Origin: Thermodesulfobacteriota bacterium
GTDB lineage: Bacteria > Desulfobacterota_D > UBA1144 > Nemesobacterales > UBA2774
DNA length: 64,000 nucleotides
Direction: 5' to 3'
Assembly (NCBI GenBank): GCA_963422265.1
Contig: OY729416.1
Location: forward strand, 1,440,001 to 1,504,000
In this document: piece by piece, positions 30,231 to 39,515 of the stretch
How positions within the stretch are numbered: the stretch's first letter is position 1
Layout: every line of letters begins with the position of its first letter
Notes under the pieces: model-generated
Seen by the model: the letters and a program-made list of their open reading frames with translations, nothing else
Told to the model about the DNA's origin: nothing
Database searches by the model: none
Made by a program: the position numbers and the translations under genes

Positions 30231-30351
30231 TTGACTTTCAAAGTATTATGCTTTATTTTTATATCAAAAGTTAAACGTTCTACTTAAATCATACTCCATC
30301 CTCCTTTGAGAAAACGGGAGTGCTTTTCACCGAGAAGCACTTCCGTTTTTC
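30231..30351 (+). ncRNA. Candidate ~85-nt small RNA, including its promoter
   Basis: ttgact-17bp-tatttt promoter, C-rich ctccatcctcct tract, strong terminator, no ORF. Confidence 0.45.
30310..30351 (+). terminator. Intrinsic terminator
   Basis: aaaacgggagtgctt...aagcacttccgtttt stem ending in a T-run. Confidence 0.75.
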
Positions 30352-30403
30352 ATCTTTGGCGCGCATAGCTCAACCAACTTAAATGTGTTAGCTTACCCGT
30401 GAA

Positions 30404-31810
30404 ATGGACCGCGTTAACCCGTCAAGAGAAGATACTATCGCAGCGATAGCCACAGCAGAGGGTAATGGAAGCATTGCTGTGATTAGGGTAAGTGGAGATA
30501 AGACTAGACAAATAATAAGGGATATTTTCAGAGCATCTGGCTCAAAAGATATGATAACCGAGCTAGAGTCGCATAGGCTCTACTACGGTCGCATAGTCAA
30601 GCCCGAATCTCTTGATTTGATAGATGAAGTTCTCTGCGTTTATATGGAGTCTCCTAGGTCATATACAGGCGAGGACGTAGTGGAGATACACTCACACGGG
30701 GGCTATCTAGCACCAAGGAACGTGCTTGAGGTCATTTATAAACTGGGGGCTAGACCTGCAAATCCCGGAGAATTCTCGCTAAGAGCATTTCTAAATGGAA
30801 AAATGGACTTAGCCCAGGCGGAAGCAGTAGCGGATATAGTGAATGCGCAGACAAAAGAAGGATTAAAGCAGGCGGAACTACAGCTTGAAGGCGCGCTTTC
30901 AGAAAAGATAGGGGGTTGTAAGGAAACAGTCCTAGATGTATTAGCCGAAGTTGAGGCTCAGGTTGATTTTCCTGAAGAGGACATAGAACCAATAGCTAAA
31001 GAAAGTATGGAGTTGCGGGCGACGGGGCTGATTGAAGAGATAAAATTACTCATTGGCACTTATGATGAAGGAAGAATAATTAAATATGGGGTAAGAGCGG
31101 CAATACTGGGAAAACCAAACGTTGGAAAATCAAGTTTATTAAACTGTCTTCTAAATAAGGACAGGGCTATTATTAGCCCACGTCCCGGCACTACCAGAGA
31201 TTTTATACAAGAAAGCATCAACATCAGGGGAATACCGCTTGAGCTCACGGACACAGCAGGTATAAGATCAACGAAAGATGAGATTGAGCAAGCTGGCGTA
31301 GAGCTGGCAAAGAAAAAGGTCAGGCAAGCTGAGCTTTTGATTATCGTCATAGATGGAAGTTCGGAGCTGAGCGATGACGATTATGAGGTATTAAGTGAAA
31401 TTAAAGGAAGGCGGGCAGTCGTAGTATTAAACAAGTCCGACGTTAGCTCAAGGGTAAAAATAGAGATGCTAACCGATTATATGTCAAGGGACTTAATTAT
31501 AAGCACGTCCGCAAGGTATGGTGCTGGGATAGAAGAGCTCAAAGACGGCATAGAAAAAGTGCTACTCAATAGGGACTGCGCGCCTCAAGGGAATGAAATA
31601 GTCTTGACCGAGCTTAGACACAAGCTCTCCCTAGACAAAGCGCTGCAAAACCTGCTTTCCTTTATTGAGATTCTTAGGATAGATGAATCGCCCGAGTTCT
31701 TAGCACTTAACCTAAGAAGCACTCTTGACTCGCTCGGAGAAATAACCGGTGAAGTAACGACAGAGGACGTATTGGGAAGAATTTTTAGCAAATTCTGCGT
31801 GGGGAAATAG
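30404..31810 (+). CDS. mnmE: tRNA modification GTPase MnmE
   Basis: DTIAAIAT, SYTGED, GKPNVGKSS, GTTRD, DTAG, FCVGK C-terminus. Confidence 0.97.
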   Translation: MDRVNPSREDTIAAIATAEGNGSIAVIRVSGDKTRQIIRDIFRASGSKDMITELESHRLYYGRIVKPESLDLIDEVLCVYMESPRSYTGEDVVEIHSHGGYLAPRNVLEVIYKLGARPANPGEFSLRAFLNGKMDLAQAEAVADIVNAQTKEGLKQAELQLEGALSEKIGGCKETVLDVLAEVEAQVDFPEEDIEPIAKESMELRATGLIEEIKLLIGTYDEGRIIKYGVRAAILGKPNVGKSSLLNCLLNKDRAIISPRPGTTRDFIQESINIRGIPLELTDTAGIRSTKDEIEQAGVELAKKKVRQAELLIIVIDGSSELSDDDYEVLSEIKGRRAVVVLNKSDVSSRVKIEMLTDYMSRDLIISTSARYGAGIEELKDGIEKVLLNRDCAPQGNEIVLTELRHKLSLDKALQNLLSFIEILRIDESPEFLALNLRSTLDSLGEITGEVTTEDVLGRIFSKFCVGK

Positions 31811-31893
31811 GGAGTTACAAACCTTGATAATCACGCGTCCTTAGCTTACTATCTTTCCCATAGTAACTAGCTGTTGTCTAAAGGAGATATGTA

Positions 31894-32392
31894 ATGCAGG
31901 AATTACATCAGGATCCCCTTCGTGGATTTCAGTCTCCATCTCAGAGTCAGGGACATGCCTACAAGTTAGATGAGGCAGAATCTAACAAAGAGGGAGCTTC
32001 AATGGGTAAAGGCGAAATAGAAGAGATAAAGAAGGTATTCAGAGAAGTTTTTGAGGAGTCGAGAAAGGAAACGAAAGCAGACCTGCAAAGAATAGAGGAT
32101 AGAATAGATGACAGGTTTAATAGAATAGAGGGCAAGTTTGGTGAAGTAGAATATAAGTTTGAAAAAAGATTTAGTGAAATAGAAGATAAATTCGAGCATA
32201 GGTTTAATAAAGTAGATGATAAGTTTGCGAAGGCATGAAGATAAATTTGATAATGTTAATAAAGAGGTTGCGGGAATAAATGCAACCATTAGTGAGAAAT
32301 TCGCGGAATTGTATAAGTAGCAGGTTGGAATTTTACTTGCGTTTCTCACTAGTATGGTTCTTCTAATTTTTGGGGACGTAATCCTGAAATAA
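31894..32392 (+). pseudogene. Coiled-coil repeat protein with C-terminal TM (DUF1640/Bdr-like), disrupted
   Basis: IDDRFNRIEGKFGEVEYKFEKRF repeats; frameshift near 32233 and TAG at 32318 before QVGILLAFLTSMVLLIFG. Confidence 0.65.
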
Positions 32393-32460
32393 GCTGTGCT
32401 CTTCTAAACAATCAGCTCTACTACTGAGCGAACAATACTAAAAACTACACGTCAAAAACT

Positions 32461-32630
32461 TGGATTCTCGCTCGGGGGTGGGAATGACGGGTAGGGTATT
32501 ACTGGTATGGCGGTAGTACCATACTGTCCTTCCTATTTGGATGTTTCCCCATACGTATCAAGCAGGAAGTGGGAATGAATTAAAGACTAGAGTTCTGGGG
32601 CACAGGCTCGGACTTGGAATCTGCCTGCTA
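32461..32630. repeat. Degenerate REP-like palindromic elements
   Basis: tggattctcgctcgggggtgggaatgac; gtgggaatga; gagttctggggcacagg resembling 35459 gagttcagggcagg. Confidence 0.5.
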
Positions 32631-32659
32631 GCCCTCATCGCTGTTAATACTCGGTCTCT

Positions 32660-33463
32660 TTAAGATAACGGGTTGGCAGACTTATTTCGTATATTGTTTA
32701 ACAGTTTTGACGCTTTATTAGAATACTTAGCGCTCGGGTATTCCTGAATGAGTTGGCTCAGAGCCTTTCTCGCAAGATCAAACTCATTCTGCTTAACGTA
32801 AGCCTCTCCCAAAAGATATAATGCCTCTTCAAGCCGCTTGGTGTCTTTGTAATTCGTAACTACTACGCTGTATCTACTTGCGGCAGCTCTGTAATTTTTA
32901 CGCTTAGAGTAAAAATTGCCTATATAAATCTCGCGCTTTGCGAGCCTATCTCTGCACTTAGCTATCTTCTTTTGAGCCTCAGCAATCAATGAAGAATCTG
33001 GATGTTTAGAAATGAATTCGTTAAACCATTTAATAGCGGTTCTGGCGCTTGTAGGGTCTTTTTCAGCATTTGATAGCCTCTCAAAATAAGAAAGGGCTAA
33101 GCGGTAAGTAGCGTACCCTACCTCTTTATGTCTAGGGTGACGCTCTATAAACTCCTCGTATCCAACGGAGGCTTCCTCATACTCACCCTTTTCAAAGTAG
33201 GCATCAGCCGTCCTAAGCTCCGCAAGGACCGCATAAGGACTATAGGTGTATCTAAGTTGCACCTCCTTAAGAAGTTCAAATATCCTATCGTAATCCCGCG
33301 CAGAAAAAATCCACAGAAAACCCCTGTCGGCGGACTCCATCTCTTCAATAGCAACCTCATATAACTGCTTGTCCGTCAATCCCCTAGGGAGTTTTTTGGA
33401 ACCACAGCTAATAATGAAAAAGGGTGAAATAGTAATAAGCAACATCGCAATTATTTTTGTCAT
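32660..33463 (-). CDS. bamD: Outer membrane protein assembly factor BamD
   Basis: Lipobox IISC, TPRs, YSPYA..AEL..AD.YF, FI..HP.H, LAKREIYIGNFY. Confidence 0.9.
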   Translation of the reverse strand: MTKIIAMLLITISPFFIISCGSKKLPRGLTDKQLYEVAIEEMESADRGFLWIFSARDYDRIFELLKEVQLRYTYSPYAVLAELRTADAYFEKGEYEEASVGYEEFIERHPRHKEVGYATYRLALSYFERLSNAEKDPTSARTAIKWFNEFISKHPDSSLIAEAQKKIAKCRDRLAKREIYIGNFYSKRKNYRAAASRYSVVVTNYKDTKRLEEALYLLGEAYVKQNEFDLARKALSQLIQEYPSAKYSNKASKLLNNIRNKSANPLS

Positions 33464-33562
33464 AGGCTTTATAGTATGGACAAAAGCCTAAGTGTCAAGT
33501 GCAGTTGACGCGTTAGGGGGGGGGGTAGAAGTAGGCAAGCTGGGAAGGTAGGGATTCTCATT

Positions 33563-33593
33563 CCCTGTATCCCTCTGGGAGAGGGATACAGGG
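33563..33593. repeat. Perfect 14-bp inverted repeat (REP-like)
   Basis: ccctgtatccctct-ggg-agagggatacaggg. Confidence 0.8.
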
Positions 33594-33713
33594 TGAGGGA
33601 CATGGATTTTTGGGATGGAATGAAATGATAGGCTATGATTAAAAGAATAAAGAACAAATCCTCCCAATGTGTCCCCCTTTAGATAAAGGAGAGTGCTAGG
33701 GGAGAATAATAAA

Positions 33714-33755
33714 GAGACCCAGCGGTTGAGGTTATCGTCTCAACCGCTGGGTCTC
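33714..33755 (-). terminator. Intrinsic terminator of the porin gene
   Basis: 17-bp perfect IR gagacccagcggttgag/ctcaaccgctgggtctc followed by a T-rich run on the minus strand. Confidence 0.8.
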
Positions 33756-33831
33756 AGAGGTTCTAAAACCAGAATAAAAAAGGAGATGACTTAGTTTTTA
33801 ACAACCTTTATTCAAGCTCGCTCAGACGATC

Positions 33832-35085
33832 TTAAAAATACGCCTGAAGCTGAAGAGCGAATGTGTTTTCTTCTTTATCTTTTTTAGCACCCGTATATTC
33901 ATTCGTCGTGCGCAGGTACTCAGCCTGAATCTTCCATCTGTGGTCGCCCGAGAGATAGTAGTTAACCGCTGAGCTAATCGTCCATTTCTTATCGTCCCCG
34001 CCTTCAGCTAATTCTAAATCTTTGACCTTCGTATCATAATCTATCAATGAATACCTTCCAGTAACTTCAAGCTTTTTAGGAACTATGAAAGCGCCCGCCT
34101 GAACGTTGTAGCCAGAATCATAAGCCTCACCCACGTCCTTTTTTGGTCCAGATTGGGGATCTATCCATCTGCCGTAGTAGGAACCCTGAACGTTGAAAAT
34201 CGGCATCTTAAAGCTCGCGTCAGCAGTGATTAACCTCAGATCAACTTTATCACCTTCGGCTCCTGTTTTGTCTGAAAAATCAAGAGCTGTAAGCCTTTTA
34301 CAGTGTCCCTTACCGTCCGGAGTTCTTACTCCACAATTAAAGTCAGACATCATTGCTCCACCTATGCCAACCACGAACGTATGAGCCTTAGCGAAGTTGG
34401 GCTTAATGCTATAAGCGCTTCCAGTAGCGTAAGAGGAACCAGCCTTAAACTTATCGCCCTTTCCCCCATAACCGAACTGAATCCTACCAGCGTAAAGCAT
34501 TTCTGATATGTCTCCTTGACCAGCCGAGTCATTTTTCCCAGCGCCGTTAAACGCGCCAAATGAATATGAGAAGTTATTCATAGGACCAAACCCACCCATA
34601 ATCGCTGCGCCAAGGTCTCTGCCCAATCCAAATTCCGAGTTGACAATAGACCTGTTAATGAACTGAAGTGCTGAAGACGAGGTAAGTTCCTGTCTGTTAA
34701 AAGGAACCTTCCACTGCCCAATCCTAGGGATAAAACTATTATTACGCGCTACAGTGAAATACATATCCCTCATGTCCAGTGTCTTGGGTGTGTTAATCTG
34801 GACGGTGTAGAGGAACCAGGGTTGATAAGCATATCCGTTCCATTTGAACCTGAGCCTCGGAACGCTGAAGTTTGTCGTATTATTATCATCTGAGTCCTCC
34901 ATCTCCAAACGAAATTGACCCCTTGCCCTGAACTTCATCTTGAACTCATCGCCAGCTTGAAGAGTCAGACCCTTCTTATACTTAATCTTAAACTTGTCAT
35001 ACCAAGCGTCTTGCGCCTGAGCGTCAGCGCCGAGAAAAGACAAGCCTAACATTGCCATTAAAAGCAGCCTTAATAATGATTTCAT
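33832..35085 (-). CDS. Phosphate-selective porin (OprO/OprP family)
   Basis: Signal peptide, GQWKVPFNRQELTSSSALQFINRS, GRDLG, C-terminal LQAYF; divergent from phoBR. Confidence 0.82.
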   Translation of the reverse strand: MKSLLRLLLMAMLGLSFLGADAQAQDAWYDKFKIKYKKGLTLQAGDEFKMKFRARGQFRLEMEDSDDNNTTNFSVPRLRFKWNGYAYQPWFLYTVQINTPKTLDMRDMYFTVARNNSFIPRIGQWKVPFNRQELTSSSALQFINRSIVNSEFGLGRDLGAAIMGGFGPMNNFSYSFGAFNGAGKNDSAGQGDISEMLYAGRIQFGYGGKGDKFKAGSSYATGSAYSIKPNFAKAHTFVVGIGGAMMSDFNCGVRTPDGKGHCKRLTALDFSDKTGAEGDKVDLRLITADASFKMPIFNVQGSYYGRWIDPQSGPKKDVGEAYDSGYNVQAGAFIVPKKLEVTGRYSLIDYDTKVKDLELAEGGDDKKWTISSAVNYYLSGDHRWKIQAEYLRTTNEYTGAKKDKEENTFALQLQAYF

Positions 35086-35142
35086 CTCTCAACCTCCTCC
35101 TTACATAAAAATAGATTTTGGATTACAAGATATAGAAGGAAA

Positions 35143-35180
35143 GTAAATTTGATGTGAAAGTAAAGTTAAGGAATTGTTAA
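35143..35180 (-). promoter_or_regulatory. Pho-box-like array
   Basis: Minus strand TTAAC-N6-TTAAC-N6-TTCAC-N6-TTTAC with exact 11-bp period. Confidence 0.75.
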
Positions 35181-35243
35181 GAGAGGCGTGGCGTTCTTGT
35201 AAGAGGAAGTGGTTGGCTATAGTCTGTTTTTGGTTAAAAATTT

Positions 35244-35488
35244 AGATTCCTCAGACTCAGAATGACAGGGATGAGGGACGAAAGACACGCGGAAATCGTC
35301 TCCTGAGGGGGCTTATCCCTGCAGTTATATTAAGCAGGGACAGGAATCCAGGGGGGGATAGAGAAACCACGCCTGTTCCCAACCCGATTGGGAACAGGTT
35401 ACCCCTACAGCTTAGAATAATGAAAGAGAGTTAAAGAGAGAAGATAAAACCCTGAAACGAGTTCAGGGCAGGCAGGGCTAGAATGACG
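35244..35488. repeat. Cluster of palindromic REP-like elements
   Basis: gattcctcagactcagaatgac; caggaatccag; perfect IR cctgttcccaa/ttgggaacagg (35372-35398); ccctgaaacgagttcaggg (35450-35468). Confidence 0.7.
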
Positions 35489-35540
35489 ATTCAGGAGTAA
35501 GGGAAAGATAGGGAATAATTACTACTAGGAGAAGCTCATT

Positions 35541-36233
35541 ATGACTGAAAAGCTGATTGCGATAGTTGATGACGAAGAAGATATAGTCAAGCTAGTGAGT
35601 CACCACCTAAAGAGGGAGGGATTCAGGGTTAAGGAATTTCACAACGGTAGGGACTTTCTCTCCTACATAGAATCAGTAGTGCCTGATATGGCGGTGCTTG
35701 ATCTTATGCTGCCCGGCATAGATGGACTTGAAATCTGCAAAATCCTAAAAAGCAAGAGCTCTACCGCCGCCGTTCCCATCATAATGCTAACGGCGAAGGC
35801 GACTGAAGCCGACATAGTCGTCGGGCTTGAGATCGGGGCTGATGACTACGTAGTAAAACCCTTTAGCCCGCGCGAGTTCGTAGCCAGAGTAAAAACCATC
35901 CTAAGGCGAACGGTGAATAGCGAGGTGGAAGACAACGTTATCAAGGTAGGTCCGCTTAGCATTAATACCGGCACTTATGAGGTAACAGTTGAGAAAAACA
36001 AGGTAATCCTAACCACTACGGAATTCAAAATCCTCGAAGCGCTTGCCAACGGTAGGGGCAGGGTATTCACAAGAGACCAACTACTCAAAAAGAAACGCCT
36101 CTGGGGCGACGACAAGCTGGTTTACGACCGAACGATTGACGTTCACATCAAAAACCTCAGGGAAAAGCTTGGAATTGCGGGTAATATGATTAAAACTGTA
36201 AGGAGCATAGGTTATAAATTAGAGGAAGAGTAA
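35541..36233 (+). CDS. phoB: Phosphate regulon response regulator (OmpR family)
   Basis: VDDE, LDLMLP, GADDYVVKPF, RTIDVHIKNLREKL. Confidence 0.8.
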   Translation: MTEKLIAIVDDEEDIVKLVSHHLKREGFRVKEFHNGRDFLSYIESVVPDMAVLDLMLPGIDGLEICKILKSKSSTAAVPIIMLTAKATEADIVVGLEIGADDYVVKPFSPREFVARVKTILRRTVNSEVEDNVIKVGPLSINTGTYEVTVEKNKVILTTTEFKILEALANGRGRVFTRDQLLKKKRLWGDDKLVYDRTIDVHIKNLREKLGIAGNMIKTVRSIGYKLEEE

Positions 36234-36240
36234 GAACCGT

Positions 36241-38034
36241 TTGAGTATATTTTGGAAACAGTTCATTTCCAGCTTTCTAATCATATTCCTCGTCCTATTC
36301 TTATTTACTTTCCTCGTAATAGGCGAATTAAAGAAATACGATGCCTCCCTGACAAAAGAGAGGCTTCTGACGGCGGCTGGGCTAATTAGCGAAGCCTTCA
36401 AACCTTCCCTGCCAGAACTTAAACCGATCCCTGCTCAGAGACGGGGACACGTTGAGATACAAAACCTAGTGTTGAACCTAGGTGAGAAAACAGGCGTAAG
36501 AATCACGGTATTAGACCAAGATGGCAGGGCGCTTGGCGATTCAAAAAAAAGCCCCAGACAATGGGAAAACTATTCCGATAAACCCGAAGTTAAGGAAGCT
36601 ATACAAAATCGCATAGGGGAAAACAAGCGTTACAGCGGGACGATTCAAAAACAGATGCTTTACGTGGCGGTCCCGCTCAGAGACGAAAATGGAAAGGTAA
36701 ACCTAATTATACGTACGGCGCTTCCGCTTAATGCTATTCAGCGAACCCTTGCGCCCATAGAGTCCAAAGTCATATATCTGGGCGTGGTTCTCACGGTAGT
36801 AGCATTACTGATCTCGCTTGCGGTCTCAAAAACAATCACAAAATCCCTTCAGTCAATCATCAACGTTTCAGAAGAACTAGCTAAAGGCAACCTGAACGTA
36901 AACATCCCGATTATGCACAGCAAGGGTGAAATACCTAAAATAACGAAAGCGCTACACCAGATGGCTCAAAAATTAAACGAGCTTTTTAATCAGCTTTCCC
37001 GCGAAAAGAACCAGCTCGAAGCCGTATTAAGCGCTATGGGCGAGGGCGTTATGGTTATATCCAACGAGGGAAAGGTAACTATTGTAAATAATGCGCTAAA
37101 GGAAATGTTCAATTTCAAAGACGACCCTTGCCAAAAGCTATACTGGGAAATACTGAGAAACAAGGAAATCATAAGGCTGGTGGAGTTCTCGCTCGAAAGC
37201 TGGACTCCTGAAATCAGGGAAATATCGTCTCTTTATCCTGACGAAAGATGCTACTTGGCAAACGCAATACCGATCAATTCTCCTACTAGAGAAATCATCC
37301 TTGTAATGTTCAACATAACCGACTTTAAGAGATTAGAAAAGATTAAGGCGGATTTCATAGCTAACGTATCGCACGAACTAAGAACCCCACTAACGGCTAT
37401 AAAGGGCTACACGGAAACCCTTGAAGAAGGCGCTTATGAAAATCAGAACGACCAGATGCACTTCCTAAGAATTATCAGCAGAAACGCCGACAGGCTAATA
37501 AACATCGTATCCGATCTCTTGGTGCTCTCGGAGGTTGAAAGCAGAGACTCATCATCGGGTGAAAATGCTACGTCCGACTTTGAAGACGTTAATATAAGCG
37601 CCTCAATAAAGTCCATCCTGGAAGCCCTCAAATCTAAAATCGGAGAGAAACTCCTGGAGGTAAACCTGAGCAACGCAAACGGCGACCACAAGATCAAAGC
37701 GAACAGGTTTTTAATTGAGCAGATGCTCATAAACCTTATAGACAACGCGGTAAAATACACCCCGGACGGCGGGAAGATACGCATAGGCGTCTCCAGCGAC
37801 GACTCACAGCTAAGGATAGAAGTAGAGGATACGGGCATCGGCATTGGCAAAGAGCACCTGCCAAGAATCTTTGAGCGGTTTTACAGAGTGGATAGAACCC
37901 GCTCCAGAAGCATGGGAGGAACGGGTCTCGGTTTGAGTATAGTTAAGCATATAGTTATCACGCACGGCGGCAAAATAGAGGTTCAAAGCGAAGAAGGGAA
38001 GGGAAGCAAATTTACAATCGCGATGCCTCGCTAG
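36241..38034 (+). CDS. phoR: Phosphate regulon sensor kinase (HAMP-PAS-HisKA-HATPase)
   Basis: DFIANVSHELRTPLTAIKGY, NLIDNAVKY, FERFYRVDRTRSR, GTGLGL. Confidence 0.85.
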   Translation: MSIFWKQFISSFLIIFLVLFLFTFLVIGELKKYDASLTKERLLTAAGLISEAFKPSLPELKPIPAQRRGHVEIQNLVLNLGEKTGVRITVLDQDGRALGDSKKSPRQWENYSDKPEVKEAIQNRIGENKRYSGTIQKQMLYVAVPLRDENGKVNLIIRTALPLNAIQRTLAPIESKVIYLGVVLTVVALLISLAVSKTITKSLQSIINVSEELAKGNLNVNIPIMHSKGEIPKITKALHQMAQKLNELFNQLSREKNQLEAVLSAMGEGVMVISNEGKVTIVNNALKEMFNFKDDPCQKLYWEILRNKEIIRLVEFSLESWTPEIREISSLYPDERCYLANAIPINSPTREIILVMFNITDFKRLEKIKADFIANVSHELRTPLTAIKGYTETLEEGAYENQNDQMHFLRIISRNADRLINIVSDLLVLSEVESRDSSSGENATSDFEDVNISASIKSILEALKSKIGEKLLEVNLSNANGDHKIKANRFLIEQMLINLIDNAVKYTPDGGKIRIGVSSDDSQLRIEVEDTGIGIGKEHLPRIFERFYRVDRTRSRSMGGTGLGLSIVKHIVITHGGKIEVQSEEGKGSKFTIAMPR

Positions 38035-38232
38035 TGGAAAACGTCCAAGGATGAATGAACTTAGGCTATTTGAAAATCAAAACTAAATTCTAAATCCACC
38101 GAGGTATCACCACTCCTAATGTAGGCATCCCTTGACATCCCACCCGTTTGACAAACGCCAACACAAGTATTACTCTCACGAGTGCAGCTAACATTGACTG
38201 AGCGCAAGAATTGCAGAGACGGGGGCTGAGAG

Positions 38233-38577
38233 ATGCGTATAACCCGAAAGGGACAGGTAACAATACCGATTGCCATAAGGGAAAAAGCAGGCTTCTTGCC
38301 TAACACGGAAGTAGATTTTGTTATGGAAGATGGTGAGGTCAAAATAGTGAAAGCCCCTAGTCAAAAGGTTACGAAAGTGAGCGACGAATTCGTCAGGCAT
38401 TTCAAGGAAGCTGCAAAAAATTTGAAAGTGAGCGACGAATTCGTCAGGCATTTCAAGGAAGGCGCAAAAAAATGGAAAATGAGCGATTTGAGCACCGATG
38501 AAATCATGGAGATGACAAGAGACCGTAAACTAGGGGAAATACCTGCCCCGCTATCGAAAAAATACACCAGAAAATGA
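38233..38577 (+). CDS. AbrB/MazE/SpoVT-family antitoxin with an internal duplication
   Basis: MRITRKGQVTIP..IREK.G; 51-bp tandem repeat. Confidence 0.88.
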   Translation: MRITRKGQVTIPIAIREKAGFLPNTEVDFVMEDGEVKIVKAPSQKVTKVSDEFVRHFKEAAKNLKVSDEFVRHFKEGAKKWKMSDLSTDEIMEMTRDRKLGEIPAPLSKKYTRK

Positions 38578-39014
38578 GAAAGCAAGCGGGTTCTGTGGCA
38601 CTCGTCGACAGCAACGTTATCATTGACCTGCTCAATCAAAACTCAGAATGGATGGACTGGGCTCTCGTTACAATTGCAAGGATGCGCAAAACCACAGCTC
38701 TAGTAATCAACCCTCTAATATACGCAGAGATTTCTGTTCATTTTGACACCCCGGAGGAATTGGAGGAAGTGGTTTCCCCTCACTTATTCGGACGAGAGAA
38801 ACTTCCATTCGAGGCAGCCTTTCTTGCCGGAAAATGTTTCCGTAAATACAGAAGGAGAAGGGGAGCAAAAACCTCTCCACTGCCGGACTTTTACATTGGG
38901 GCTCACGCGGCAGTTATGGAGTGGAGCCTACTGACACGCGACGAAACATACCGAACATATTTTCCCGAGCTTAAAATCATATCCCCAGCCTCTTTCCTAA
39001 CACAGTCACAGTAA
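38574..39014 (+). CDS. vapC: VapC (PIN domain) toxin
   Basis: LVDSNVIID, YAE, LPDFYIGAHA, LLTRD; ATGA overlap with the antitoxin. Confidence 0.9.
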   Translation: MRKQAGSVALVDSNVIIDLLNQNSEWMDWALVTIARMRKTTALVINPLIYAEISVHFDTPEELEEVVSPHLFGREKLPFEAAFLAGKCFRKYRRRRGAKTSPLPDFYIGAHAAVMEWSLLTRDETYRTYFPELKIISPASFLTQSQ

Positions 39015-39515
39015 TTATTCCTCCGCAGTTTGACGCTCGCCAAGTTGCGCGTCCAATATAATCAGGGCAGCTCCACTATCGCCAGCAAGTTTTAGCTTCT
39101 CTAGCACGTCGCTTGCACTTTTCTCTTCTTCCACCTGCTCCTGAATAAACCATTGAAGCTCTACCGCCGTCGCATGGTCATCCTCATTCAACGCCAGCTC
39201 ATAGAGCTTATTAATCATCCCAGTAACTTCCATCTCGTTATCCAGAACCTGCTGAAACATATTGGTCAAAGACTTAAACTGCGATTGAGGCTTACCAATA
39301 GCTTGCAAGGTAACTTGCGCTCCACGGTCTATAACGTAATCAAATAGCCTCATAGCGTGCCCAAGCTCTTCCTCGCTTTGCCTCCTCAGCCAGTTTGCGA
39401 ACCCCGCCATATTAATAGACTCACAATGAGCCGCCATAGAGAGATAAGTGTAAGATGCAAAGTACTCATTTTTAATCTGGTCATTCAGCGCGTTTAGCAA
39501 TTGTTTACTCAGCAT
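39015..39515 (-). CDS. ftnA: Ferritin
   Basis: LNDQIKNE, QSEEELGHA, WFIQEQVEEE; aaggagg RBS before ATG at 39515. Confidence 0.92.
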   Translation of the reverse strand: MLSKQLLNALNDQIKNEYFASYTYLSMAAHCESINMAGFANWLRRQSEEELGHAMRLFDYVIDRGAQVTLQAIGKPQSQFKSLTNMFQQVLDNEMEVTGMINKLYELALNEDDHATAVELQWFIQEQVEEEKSASDVLEKLKLAGDSGAALIILDAQLGERQTAEE

